32,000 nt of DNA from Hyphomicrobiaceae bacterium (GCA_036558085.1 DATBGH010000030.1:146512-178511), one strand, 5' to 3'. Counted from the stretch's first letter, positions 1-8,965 are shown. Translations and numbers: made by a program. Notes: a model not told the origin generated them from the sequence alone.

Positions 1-668
1 AACTTGAGACCGATCACGAACTCCTTGCCGCAACTCGATCGAACCGCATCGCAAATCTCTTCGACGAAACGCAGCCGGTTTTCAAGCGAACCGCCATATT
101 GGTCGGTACGTTGATTGGACCAAGGTGAAAGGATCTGACAGATCAAATAACCATGTGCACCGTGCAACTCCACACCGCCGAAGCCGCAGCGCTTAAGGCG
201 CTGAGCGACAGACACGTATTTTTCGACCGTCTGCCGCATCTCATCGGTCGTCATGACGTGTGGCACGGTCCAGCTATAGGCGTCCGGTTGATCAGAAATA
301 CCTTGGGGTGACCAGACCGGACGCCAAAGTTGTTGACGTCCCGGATGCCACAATTGCGCGATGACACACGCACCCTCACACTCAACCACTTCCGCGGTAC
401 GCTTGAAGCCCTCTTCGTTCCCCTTCTCATAACCCGCCACAATCGCACTATGAGCAAGCGCCGCGGGATCGACCGCGATGACCTCAGTGACGATTGCTCC
501 GCAGCCGCCTTTGGCACGTTCGGCGAGGAAGTTGGTCCAGCGATCGGTGACGCCATGACCCGCCCCGTAATTTGTTAACGTCGCCGACAGTACGACACGG
601 TTGCGGAGGGTGCGCTCACCCACCTTCGCCGAGCTAAACAACAAGGGGAAACTGTTGGTGTCACTCAT
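1..668 (-). CDS. NADH:flavin oxidoreductase, Old Yellow Enzyme (OYE/NemA-like) family; N-terminal ~222 aa only, 3' end outside the window
   Basis: Absent from the supplied ORF track because it is open at the window edge. Reverse-strand translation from ATG (complement of 666-668) reads MSDTNSFPLLFSSAKVGERTLRNRVVLSATLTNYG...QLWHPGRQ...GGVELHGAHGYLICQILSPWSNQRTDQYGGSLENRLRF. HGAHGYL and N-x-R-x-D-x-YGGS-x-ENR are OYE-family hallmarks. Confidence 0.8.
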   Translation of the reverse strand, partial: MSDTNSFPLLFSSAKVGERTLRNRVVLSATLTNYGAGHGVTDRWTNFLAERAKGGCGAIVTEVIAVDPAALAHSAIVAGYEKGNEEGFKRTAEVVECEGACVIAQLWHPGRQQLWRPVWSPQGISDQPDAYSWTVPHVMTTDEMRQTVEKYVSVAQRLKRCGFGGVELHGAHGYLICQILSPWSNQRTDQYGGSLENRLRFVEEICDAVRSSCGKEFVIGLK

Positions 669-800
669 TCTTGCCCCGACAGGTCTTGTAAGCCAGATGG
701 GTCTCTTGTACAGCATCGACGATTGGCGATGCCAATTAGCCTCTAGCTGCCATTTGTCGTCACCAAGTCTTTCTGCGCACCGAAACGGGAGGGCACCACC

Positions 801-1193
801 ATGACACCCGAACTTTGGTATCTGCTCTGGTCGGTAGCTTTGACGTTCATCCTCGCCGTCATCGCGGTGAGCGGGGCAACGCTAAAAGTCGGCCTGCCAA
901 CACTTGCCGGTAACCGCGAGGGACTACCTGAGATGGTTGGTTGGGCCGGGCGCGCCCAGCGCGCCCATCGCAACATGCTGGAAAGCCTAATCCTGTTTGC
1001 AATCTTGGCGCTCACGGCCAAGGCCGCAGGTGTCAGCAATGCGACCACGTTGTTGGGCGCGCAACTCTTTTTCTGGGGCCGAATAGCGCACGCCATACTC
1101 TACATCGCCGGCGTTCCGTGGGCACGCACTGCCGCCTGGGCCGTTTCAATCATCGGTCTCATTTTGATCTTCTGGCAGCTGCTGCTGCTGTAG
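801..1193 (+). CDS. MAPEG-family membrane protein (glutathione-transferase-like)
   Basis: 130 aa with four hydrophobic segments. The loop GNREGLPEMVGWAGRAQRAHRNMLESLILFA resembles bacterial MAPEG proteins. GGGAGGG Shine-Dalgarno (787-793) lies 7 nt upstream of the ATG. Divergent from the OYE gene. Confidence 0.7.
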   Translation: MTPELWYLLWSVALTFILAVIAVSGATLKVGLPTLAGNREGLPEMVGWAGRAQRAHRNMLESLILFAILALTAKAAGVSNATTLLGAQLFFWGRIAHAILYIAGVPWARTAAWAVSIIGLILIFWQLLLL

Positions 1194-1416
1194 AGCTTCG
1201 ACACCGCGTTGGTAGCGGAAGCCCCCGAGCGGCAGGCAGCTTGATACGAAACACACCAGCTGCGCTTCGCGAGACGCTGGCTGGTCTCGGGGCGATCCGG
1301 ACCGTGCCGTGGCTATCGTGACGATCGCCGTGCAGAAGGCAGCATCACGGTGACCACCGCTGACCGCACGGCTGGCATCGCAGTAGCGTGCGTGTGCCGT
1401 TGCCGTCTTGCCGGTG

Positions 1417-2259
1417 TCATCCCTTGATCGACCCGGTAAGGCCAGCGACGTAGTGCTCAACAAAGAACGAGTAGATCAGTGCCACCGGGATCGAGCCGAG
1501 CAAGGCTCCAGCCATCAACTGACCCCAGTAGAACACATCCCCTCGAATCAGCTCGGCGATGACGCCGATCGGCACGGTGCGCACACTGGTCTTTGTGAGA
1601 AAAATCAGGGCATAGAGAAACTCATTTTGGGACAAGGTGAAGGCGAAGATGCCAGCGGAAATGAAACCGGGCATGCACAACGGGAGAAATACCTTCAGTA
1701 TCGTCTGGACCCGGTTGGCCCCATCGATGCGGGCCGCCTCTTCGAGCTCCCTTGGTACGGTCTTGAAATAACCGAGCAGGAGCCAGGCGCAAAATGGTAC
1801 TAGCATCGTTGGATAGGTAAGAATGACGGATGTCAGAGTATTGCCGAGGTCGAGCCGGTTGATGATGTCGGCGAGCGGGATGAACAGCAGGGGCTGCGGG
1901 ACGAGGTAGATCGCCGCCACCGTCATCGCGATCAGTCCGGCGCCTGCAAACCGCAGCCTTGCCAGCGGATAGGCGAGCATGGTCCCCAGCACCAAGGAGA
2001 TCCCCGTCGCGACCGTTGCAACTAGCATCGTGTTCCAGGTCCACAAGAGAAAGCTCGTTTTGGTCAGCAGGTCCACGTAGTGCTTGAGAGTTGGCGCATG
2101 CACGATCAGGGGCATGACATTCCGGTTATAGAGCTCCGCGTTCGGCTTTATCGACGTGATCGCCATCCAATAGAACGGGAACAGTGCAAGTACGAGAAAG
2201 AAGCCGACCGGCAGCCACAGCCGCACAACACGTCCGAGCCGCCGGTGGCCCGTAACCAT
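1417..2259 (-). CDS. Carbohydrate ABC transporter permease (CUT1, MalG-like)
   Basis: Track ORF 1417..2634 trimmed to the ATG at complement 2257-2259 (MVTGHRRLGRVVRLW...). This ATG overlaps the upstream stop as ATGA. EAA-loop ELEEAARIDGANRVQTILKVFLP; six hydrophobic segments. Confidence 0.85.
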   Translation of the reverse strand: MVTGHRRLGRVVRLWLPVGFFLVLALFPFYWMAITSIKPNAELYNRNVMPLIVHAPTLKHYVDLLTKTSFLLWTWNTMLVATVATGISLVLGTMLAYPLARLRFAGAGLIAMTVAAIYLVPQPLLFIPLADIINRLDLGNTLTSVILTYPTMLVPFCAWLLLGYFKTVPRELEEAARIDGANRVQTILKVFLPLCMPGFISAGIFAFTLSQNEFLYALIFLTKTSVRTVPIGVIAELIRGDVFYWGQLMAGALLGSIPVALIYSFFVEHYVAGLTGSIKG

Positions 2260-3191
2260 CAGCTCCTCCGCATATATAAGGTCAGCGCAACGATCAGCAC
2301 CGCGAGCGCTGGCAGCATCGCTAACGCGACCGAGGCACCCAGCCCCAACTGACCCGCACCCATTGCGATGTCGAAGGCATAAGTCGCAAACAGGTTCGTG
2401 GCGTTCTGTGGTCCACCATGCGTAAGCACGTAAACGAGCTGAAAATCGGCGAAGGTAAAGATCACAGAGAACAGCGTCACGATCAGGATGATCGGCCGCA
2501 GCAGCGGCAACGTCACAAAGCGGAACCGCTGCCATCCGCCAGCACCGTCGATCGTAGCCGCTTCGTATAATTCCGGAGGGACCGTTTGCAACCCGGCGAG
2601 CAATGTGATGCCGTAGAATGGCAGTCCGCGCCACGTGTTGATGATGATGATTGAGATCATCGCCAGCATTGGATCACCGAGCCAGGACGGCCCTGGCTTG
2701 GGCCAGCCCAGCGCCACCAGCAGCCGGTTAACGACGCTAAACGCCGGGTCGAGCATCCACATCCAGGCGACGGTGCTTAGCACCGTCGGCACGATGAATG
2801 GCAGCAGCAGCAGAGCACGCACCAAGTTCTTCATGCGGAAGTGCTGATTCATGGCCACCGCCAGGCAGAGCCCCCCAACCATCTTCAGCAGCGTGGCCAC
2901 GCCGGTATAGATGAAGGTGTTGACTGCTACCTGCCAAAAGATCGGGTCGCGCAAGTTGGTGGCAAAATTCTTGAGACCCACAAAGGTGCCCGGCTGCGCC
3001 ACGGGCCGGTCCTGCAGACTTAACAGCATGCCATAGACGAACGGATAACCGACAAGGGCCGCCAGGAACAACAACGGCAAGGCCATCATCAGCCAACTGA
3101 AGACGCTTTCGCGGTCGAGTAAAACGCTGAGGGACGCGCGGCGGCGCGCCACACGGCCAACTCCAGAAAGTCGCGCCGAGACAATGGTCAT
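2259..3191 (-). CDS. Carbohydrate ABC transporter permease (CUT1, MalF-like)
   Basis: 310 aa, multi-TM, EAA-loop ELYEAATIDGAGGWQRFRFVTLPLL. The start is 1 nt after the binding-protein stop (TGA C ATG). Confidence 0.85.
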   Translation of the reverse strand: MTIVSARLSGVGRVARRRASLSVLLDRESVFSWLMMALPLLFLAALVGYPFVYGMLLSLQDRPVAQPGTFVGLKNFATNLRDPIFWQVAVNTFIYTGVATLLKMVGGLCLAVAMNQHFRMKNLVRALLLLPFIVPTVLSTVAWMWMLDPAFSVVNRLLVALGWPKPGPSWLGDPMLAMISIIIINTWRGLPFYGITLLAGLQTVPPELYEAATIDGAGGWQRFRFVTLPLLRPIILIVTLFSVIFTFADFQLVYVLTHGGPQNATNLFATYAFDIAMGAGQLGLGASVALAMLPALAVLIVALTLYMRRS

Positions 3192-3192
3192 G

Positions 3193-4491
3193 TCACGCTG
3201 AGCGATAGATGTCCTTAAGTTGCGCTTCCGCGTTCTTGATCACCTCAGGGGTTGAGGCTCCCGAGCACGCTTTGGCGAACATGTCTACGACGATGTACTT
3301 GGCGACGCTTTCCGATAGTTGACGGCTCGCTGGAGCAGGCCAGCCCGGCAGATGGGCGTTGGCGAGGGCATCTCGATACGGAAGGTTGCGTGGCTCGACG
3401 TCCCACATCGGCGCCTTGTCGTATCCGTGCAGCAGCGGCTGATAGTAACTGTCGGCTACGGCGTACCATCCACCCAACTGTTTCGGCTCCATCAACCAAC
3501 GCATGAAGGCGCGTGCCTCCTCCCGCACCGGAGAGAAGCTGAAGATCGAATGGCTGATCGAGTTGAGCAAATGGAAGCGACCCTTAGGTCCAGCCGGATT
3601 GAGGGCCTGGTCGGTGACTTTGCCAACTTCGGGAAATTCACGCTTGGCAAACCACAAGATGCTCTCGGCATTGTTGGTGCAAGAGATCTGTTCTGCCATC
3701 CACGCCTTATTGTTACTGACGTCGGTCCAGCCCAAGACATCGGCGAGCATCGTATCTTTGAAAAACTTGCGGGCGAAATCGACGGCGCGCGCGGTCTCGG
3801 CGGAATCAATAACGACGGTTTTTCCGTCGGCTGCCACCTCTGCACCACCGTACGACCACAACAGTGGGTAGAGCCACCCATGATTGTCGCCGAAACCGTG
3901 CCCAAGCTCGAAGCCAAAGGGGTGATCCTTTGCTTTCAGCTTCTTGCCGACCTCGTAGAGTTCTTCCCAGGTATCAGGAAACTTCTTGACTCCTACCTCG
4001 GCAAACCAATCGGTGCGCCAATTCATCAACTGGCCAATATTGCTGAACGGAATTGCCTTCCACTTGTTGTTCACGAGCACGGCTTCCTTGCCGGCCTCAT
4101 ACCAACCACCCTGTGCTTTCCCAATGTCTTCGGCTATGTCGCCAACGTCGAGATATTTCTCGCCGAACTGGATCACCTGGAGTAGGCCATTCATCGTAAT
4201 GTCCGCTCCGGATCCGGTCTCTGCTATCGTGCTGATCCGAGTGGGCAGACTACCAACGCTCGTAACCTCATAATTGACCTTGATCCCGGTTTGCTTCTCA
4301 TAGGCGGGAGCAAGCACGTTCGGTATATATTCGTCGAAGGGCTTGATGAACGAGCTTTCGTGCAAGATCGTGATCGTCTTGGACTGAGCCCGCACCGACC
4401 GCGCGGTACTCAGCGCGGCGGCGGTCCCGCCAGCCGCAAGCTTCATAAATTGTCGCCGCGATGTGGTTGGAGAAGCTGCCGGCTGGTTCAT
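3193..4491 (-). CDS. ABC transporter extracellular solute-binding protein (family 1) with Tat-type signal
   Basis: 432 aa. N-terminus TSRRQFMKLAAGGTAAALSTARSVRA is a twin-arginine signal. GGAGGA lies 6 nt upstream of the ATG. First gene of the SBP-permease-permease operon. Confidence 0.85.
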   Translation of the reverse strand: MNQPAASPTTSRRQFMKLAAGGTAAALSTARSVRAQSKTITILHESSFIKPFDEYIPNVLAPAYEKQTGIKVNYEVTSVGSLPTRISTIAETGSGADITMNGLLQVIQFGEKYLDVGDIAEDIGKAQGGWYEAGKEAVLVNNKWKAIPFSNIGQLMNWRTDWFAEVGVKKFPDTWEELYEVGKKLKAKDHPFGFELGHGFGDNHGWLYPLLWSYGGAEVAADGKTVVIDSAETARAVDFARKFFKDTMLADVLGWTDVSNNKAWMAEQISCTNNAESILWFAKREFPEVGKVTDQALNPAGPKGRFHLLNSISHSIFSFSPVREEARAFMRWLMEPKQLGGWYAVADSYYQPLLHGYDKAPMWDVEPRNLPYRDALANAHLPGWPAPASRQLSESVAKYIVVDMFAKACSGASTPEVIKNAEAQLKDIYRSA

Positions 4492-4776
4492 GCTTGGTCC
4501 TCCATAATCCCTAGCGATCGGGCCGCTGCGTCCTTTCCAAAGCCCCGCTCAACAGCGCGAGCTCAACAGCACCAGCTCGATTGTGGTGCGCCGCAGCAAT
4601 CACATGAGACACATGCAGCCACCCGCATCGTATCACGACTTCACCATTCGTTTGCAACCGAATTGGGAGGGCGGACGGCATAAACAGCTATCCAAGCAGC
4701 CGCTAGTCTTGCTGACCACAGTCGGAGGGATTGCCCCTGAACGTGCATCCCGCCCGGTGCTGGGGACGCGGCGCGC

Positions 4777-5646
4777 CTACCACGTTAGCCATTTGCTGGG
4801 CGAACCGCTCCTTGCATGGATTCGAACGCGTCGCATGTGTTCGCCATGCGTGACCTCCTTGCCAGGCTTGAGCGGGGGGTCGAACCCCGCGAGCGTCTGC
4901 ACCGCCGCCGCAGGTCGCAGATGGACCACCTTGTAGCCCTTAGCCTTGAGCGCCTTCAGAAGTGCGGGAACCGCGGCCGCCGTCGACGGGAAAATATCAT
5001 GCAGCAGGATGATGCCGCGACCGCGCTGCTGGAGCGTAGACATCACCCGTTGAATGACGCTTGAGGCATTGCGGCTGCGCCAGTCGAACGAATCGACGTC
5101 GATGGCGAATTGGGCGATGTTGCGAGACTGCAGGTAGGCGACCGTCGTATCGCTGGAGCTCAGATAGGGGTAGCGGAAAAACGGGGCGATTGGCACTCCG
5201 GCTGCCTTCTCAACCGCCGTGAACGCTGCTTCGATCTGCAGCTTCATCTTGTCGTCCGGCAGTCGCTTCAGATTGAGATGCGACCAGGTATGTGTACCAA
5301 TGGTGTGCCCCTGCTCGGCGACTTCCCGGACCACCGCGGCATACTCCGCGGCCATCTCCCCAACCATAAAAAAAGTGGCGTGGGTACACTGGGCGGCGAG
5401 CGCCGCCAAGATCGGCCGCGTGGAACGGGGCATCGGCCCATCGTCGAACGTCAAAACCACTTCGCCAGGTGCCAGCCATTCGTGATCGCCGAGCGGCGCG
5501 CCAAACCAGGGACCCCCGTTCGTATCGATCTCGACCACCCGTGAAACGCCAAGCGCATCAGGTGGGCATGTCTGCTGTGCTTCCGCAGGCGCTGACATCG
5601 CCCGCAGCACGCAGAATGCGGCCAGCAACACGCCTGCAATGCGCAT
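4777..5646 (-). CDS. Secreted polysaccharide deacetylase (CE4 / NodB-homology domain)
   Basis: Track ORF 4777..6177 trimmed to the ATG at complement 5644-5646, preceded by GGAGGGGAC. Signal peptide MRIAGVLLAAFCVLRAMSAPAEA. NodB motifs VLTFDDGP and HTWSH. The upstream in-frame 177 aa are Arg/Ser-rich and not protein-like. Confidence 0.8.
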   Translation of the reverse strand: MRIAGVLLAAFCVLRAMSAPAEAQQTCPPDALGVSRVVEIDTNGGPWFGAPLGDHEWLAPGEVVLTFDDGPMPRSTRPILAALAAQCTHATFFMVGEMAAEYAAVVREVAEQGHTIGTHTWSHLNLKRLPDDKMKLQIEAAFTAVEKAAGVPIAPFFRYPYLSSSDTTVAYLQSRNIAQFAIDVDSFDWRSRNASSVIQRVMSTLQQRGRGIILLHDIFPSTAAAVPALLKALKAKGYKVVHLRPAAAVQTLAGFDPPLKPGKEVTHGEHMRRVRIHARSGSPSKWLTW

Positions 5647-6370
5647 GTCCCCTCCGGCGCGCCGCATCCCCCAAGCAACTGTCGCCGATTCCTCGGTTGC
5701 GAGCCATGTGCTCCATCGACGCAAGGCGCGGCCGCCAAAGCGCTCGCACGGCGACACCGATGATCGGGCACTAAATCCCGTTCGGGGTCTCACTGTGGCT
5801 CTGCAGGCGATGCTGATCACCGCAGGGCAATTGGTGTCGGGCCTATGTCTAGAGACAGAGGTACCACAAGACGTCCGGGGGTAGCCCCGAGGCCGAAACT
5901 CCAGGTAAGGCGTGCGCCCCCTTCGCTCCACATGAACGTTTCGACCCAACACCAGGTCGTGTTTGGGCAATCTCAATGAACCGGCGGCGCCTGCGTCAGC
6001 AGTTGGGACTGTGGCGATCTCGACCGGCATGGCCTCTTGTCGGCGATCGTGCACTCGCACGCGCTCCCTTCGGCGCTTGTCTGCCGATCGGGCTGCCGTT
6101 TTGGCTAGGACCCCAACGAGCCCGGCCGCCGAGCCCTTCGGACACCCCTCTGCCGTGCATCCCCTCGAAGTCCCCACTTGCCATCGACGAAGATAACTGC
6201 GGCCAGAGGCAGGTCGGCGATGCCAACATCAAGCCCCTGGCTCCCAGCGGTCGCGATGATTGTTTTGGGTATAGGTGCTTCATCGATGAGCCGGTCAATA
6301 GCTCTCAACAACTACACTACGCGTTCGTGGTCGGCGAGCAATTGGCGTGGGCAAACAGAATTCTCCGAAC

Positions 6371-6598
6371 TTAACGCAGCCTATTCTTGACGAACCAGTA
6401 AAGGAAAACGATCAGTGATACCCCAAGGGTGACGCCCGGAGGAAGCGCCTGCAAGAATTTTCCAGCATTCTCCGAGACAGAGGAAATGAAGGGGCCGCCT
6501 TCGTTCCCAAGGATGATGCTTAGAAGAACACAGAGCACGATTATGAGCAGACCCGCTTCGGCGGCGAGCCAACCAATTCTTCTTATCTGATCGATCAT
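6371..6598 (-). CDS. Small two-TM membrane protein (75 aa), paralog of the upstream gene; family unknown
   Basis: MIDQIRRIGWLAAEAG-[TM]-NEGGPFISSVSENAGKFLQALPPG-[TM]-KNRLR. Same architecture and about 20% identity by hand alignment to the 77-aa neighbour. ATG start with no clear SD. Confidence 0.55.
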   Translation of the reverse strand: MIDQIRRIGWLAAEAGLLIIVLCVLLSIILGNEGGPFISSVSENAGKFLQALPPGVTLGVSLIVFLYWFVKNRLR

Positions 6599-6620
6599 CG
6601 CGTAGTACCTGACCGTAAGT

Positions 6621-6644
6621 GGGGCGGGTGCACAGCCCCGCCCC
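6621..6644 (-). other. Intercistronic GC hairpin between the two small membrane-protein genes
   Basis: Minus-strand GGGGCGGG-GCUGUGCA-CCCGCCCC (8-bp perfect stem, 8-nt loop) in the 57-nt spacer. No U-tract follows. Confidence 0.5.
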
Positions 6645-6655
6645 GAGGCGAACGT

Positions 6656-6889
6656 CTAGCCAATAGATCGCTTCGAAAACAGCCACAAGATGATCCCGAC
6701 CGCGATCAGACCGACCAAACCGTTGCTGCCGAGGTCCTTTACCAGCGCAGTGATATTGGCCACCACGCCGCCAAAGAATGGCAACGTTCCCCCTACGAGT
6801 AGCGACGCAACAATTGCGAGCGCCAACAACATCAAACCTACGTCCGTGAGCGCCCCGATCCATGACTTGACCGAGTTTATCGCTTCCAT
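6656..6889 (-). CDS. Small two-TM membrane protein (77 aa); family unknown
   Basis: MEAINSVKSWIGALTD-[TM]-GGVVANITALVKDLGSNG-[TM]-SKRSIG. Strong SD AAGGGGGA 5 nt upstream of the ATG. Codon usage is reasonably genome-like. Confidence 0.6.
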   Translation of the reverse strand: MEAINSVKSWIGALTDVGLMLLALAIVASLLVGGTLPFFGGVVANITALVKDLGSNGLVGLIAVGIILWLFSKRSIG

Positions 6890-6926
6890 CTGTATCCCCC
6901 TTGATTTCCCGAGTTAGACCTAGACA

Positions 6927-6943
6927 GTGTCGAATCTCGACAC
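6927..6943 (-). promoter_or_regulatory. Perfect 7-bp inverted repeat GTGTCGA-N3-TCGACAC about 38 nt upstream of the 77-aa ORF start
   Basis: Read directly from sequence. It lies in a stretch (6901-7140) where my hand count gives 110/240 = 46% G+C, against roughly 65% elsewhere. Confidence 0.3.
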
Positions 6944-7407
6944 CCAAAGAAGATACACGATTTCAATTCTTTCCAGTGGCGAACTCGCATCAGTTCAAAC
7001 CTATTCCGTACATACGCCTCTTATTGTGCAGCGAAGCATGCGCGCACAAAATCATCAGTCAACGCCCGTCAATCTATCCATCCCGACCAATTGACGTTTT
7101 TCTTAATCAGCCCAGTATGTTGGTTCGTCTGGACATTTGCCAAAGGGTTCCCATTCAGCCATCAAGGATGCGCGGTTGTGCGGGTCGACACGGCTTGCGG
7201 CAGTGCAACAGCGCTCGTGAACTCCGTGAGATGCCCGCAGATTTTCAACATCGCTGGTATTTCGCCAAACGCAAGTTTCCAACCGCACCGTTGCAGTACA
7301 GCTCTACGCAAACAGAGCGTGCTCTTGGGTCGTTATCAGAAGAGCCAAGTTGGCTGGTTATGCCAGCCCATTTGCGCGGCGCGCCTCTAGCAAACTCAAT
7401 CTGCAGG

Positions 7408-8409
7408 CTAACGCGCCGTTGTGTCGATGTCAGCTTGACCCGCAGAGAGATCGAAAATCGCACCCTCGCAAACGAAGGGTTCTGCAACAGCTGGCCGGGC
7501 GAGCACATCGTCGGTGATGTGTTGCAAGGTCGCTGGTATCACACGCAAACCGGCCTTGTGGCAGGCGGACATCAATTCATCGAGCATCACGCAAAGGCGC
7601 CGACAGACCGGATCAGCCGTGTCGCGATAAGCGTAATGATTGTGCGTGATGCTGTTGAGCACCGGTACCGGCGGGTCGCGCTCGCGGACTTGGCTCACGA
7701 TGTTGGTAGCGATCGTTCGGTAGCTCACGCCGTATTGGCCGGGCCAGTCGACGTCTGGCCGGAAGTCGGCAAACATACTGCGTCCAGAAGGGCCGGCAAG
7801 CGGTTGCGAAACGTCCGCGGACAGCGGCATGTTTGCGAATTCGAGGTCGCCCTGCGCCTGACGAAAGACGGCGCTCGCTCGATGCGGATCAGGTTGACCT
7901 TTGATCCATATCGCTTGCATCTCGGGAATGAGCCGCCCCGGAGCACTGCACGAGCCACCCCGGAACCCTTGCGCCGCGAGCACTTGGAAGATCGCATCAT
8001 TCGCTGAAAATGTGCCGGGCCGAAAGTAGTATGGACGATGACCGATTGCGTCTGCCCAGAGGGCCGAGGATTCCGCAAGGATCTCACCCTGTTCGGTTGC
8101 CGACAGCCCACCATAGTGCGCCAGGAACTTGCGCCCCTGGTGTCGCCAAAGTGAATACTTCCAGGGATGCATGTGAAGTCCGAGGCAGGCTCCCCTCGTC
8201 TCGAGCTCTTGAAAGAGGGCCGCTTGGGCAACGGCCGCCTCCGGATGAACAAATAACGTGACCGGCAAACCCCACTGCGCTGCAATGCTCGCGTAGCCCA
8301 AGACAGCGTCCTCGCCCGCGTGCCAATCGACCGGTCCGGTAGCCGTGGGATGACTGGTCGCAAGGGTGGGTTCGCAGTCCATGGTCAGGACCACTTTGAT
8401 GTCTTGCAC
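7408..8409 (-). CDS. Hypothetical protein, probably deacetylase/carbohydrate-esterase-like beta/alpha-barrel fold
   Basis: 333 aa. GTG start (complement 8407-8409) with GGAGGG 5 nt upstream. The N-terminal VVLTMDCEP strand and HPEAA / HMHPW His-containing motifs are reminiscent of divergent polysaccharide-deacetylase-fold proteins. The function call is weak. Confidence 0.6.
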   Translation of the reverse strand: MQDIKVVLTMDCEPTLATSHPTATGPVDWHAGEDAVLGYASIAAQWGLPVTLFVHPEAAVAQAALFQELETRGACLGLHMHPWKYSLWRHQGRKFLAHYGGLSATEQGEILAESSALWADAIGHRPYYFRPGTFSANDAIFQVLAAQGFRGGSCSAPGRLIPEMQAIWIKGQPDPHRASAVFRQAQGDLEFANMPLSADVSQPLAGPSGRSMFADFRPDVDWPGQYGVSYRTIATNIVSQVRERDPPVPVLNSITHNHYAYRDTADPVCRRLCVMLDELMSACHKAGLRVIPATLQHITDDVLARPAVAEPFVCEGAIFDLSAGQADIDTTAR

Positions 8410-8479
8410 GGCGGCCCTCCGCAGCTGAAAGCGTGGTCAAACCGGCAGAAGGGAACCGATTGGCTGCCGACAGCTAGAT

Positions 8480-8495
8480 CAGACCGGTCGGTCTG
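8480..8495. promoter_or_regulatory. Operator-like palindrome CAGACCG-GT-CGGTCTG in a divergent intergenic region
   Basis: 7-bp perfect arms read directly from sequence. It sits between the GTG start at 8409 (-) and the UbiD start at 8966 (+). Confidence 0.3.
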
Positions 8496-8524
8496 GCTGA
8501 CGTCGGCGCCAATATCTCCCCTCC

Positions 8525-8552
8525 GCGGCGACGGCCGATCGGCCGCCGCGGC
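8525..8552. repeat. 28-bp GC-rich imperfect palindrome centred on CGGCCGATCGGCCG
   Basis: 12 of 14 positions pair around the centre between 8538 and 8539. The inner 14 bp are a perfect palindrome. Confidence 0.4.
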
Positions 8553-8965
8553 TAGGATTCTCACACCGTCCAGAAATCCGTTCAAGGCCGGCGTCCGCCT
8601 TGGCTCGGCCCGGCAATAAGGCTGCCTCAGTTGCGGGCGTCTTTGGCGCTGGGCGCGCACGCGACATCCCTAGTGCGGCCATCCCGACAGTTTGGCAGTC
8701 GACAGCTCCCGTCCAGCCGCGACGAGAAAGCCAGACCCTCTTCTGGTTCACATGGCGTCCAACCTACTCCCCTCTCGCATGCTCCAGCGCAATCGCCTGG
8801 ACCAAATTGGTCCTGGGCACGAGCGCATCATCGCGTGCTTGCATTCGAGCTGCAGGGATCACGAGCGCGCGCCATCAGCGGCACCGGCTGGCACGACAGA
8901 AGCGGCGCTCGTCTCAAGGCGTCGGGCAAGCTAGACTGTCGCTGGATCAAAGGCATGAGGCGCCG

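Noticed and set aside
1417-2634. Long 5' extensions of track ORFs (1417..2634, 4777..6177, 8600..10372, 13451..14068, 21463..22086, 23558..24106, 24124..25599, 26208..26732, 31352..31762)
   Set aside because: The extensions overlap upstream genes or translate to non-protein-like sequence. Internal starts with an SD and family-typical N-termini or signal peptides fit better. Several track starts are GTG or TTG rendered as M.
4818-4830. GGATTCGAACGCG, the reverse complement of a tRNA T-loop-like GTTCGAATCC
   Set aside because: The flanking bases do not form a T-stem or acceptor stem, and it lies inside the deacetylase CDS. No tRNA gene was found anywhere in the window.
6371-6889. Idea that the 75/77-aa proteins are BsdD/EcdD-like small subunits of the nearby UbiD decarboxylase
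   Set aside because: As I recall, those small subunits are soluble Cys-rich proteins. These are strongly hydrophobic two-TM proteins, on the opposite strand, about 2 kb away behind another gene.
7103-7288. 61-aa Cys-containing ORF (GTG start) between the deacetylase-fold gene and the small membrane proteins
   Set aside because: There is no SD, third-position GC is about 50%, and no family is recognisable. It cannot be distinguished from a chance ORF.
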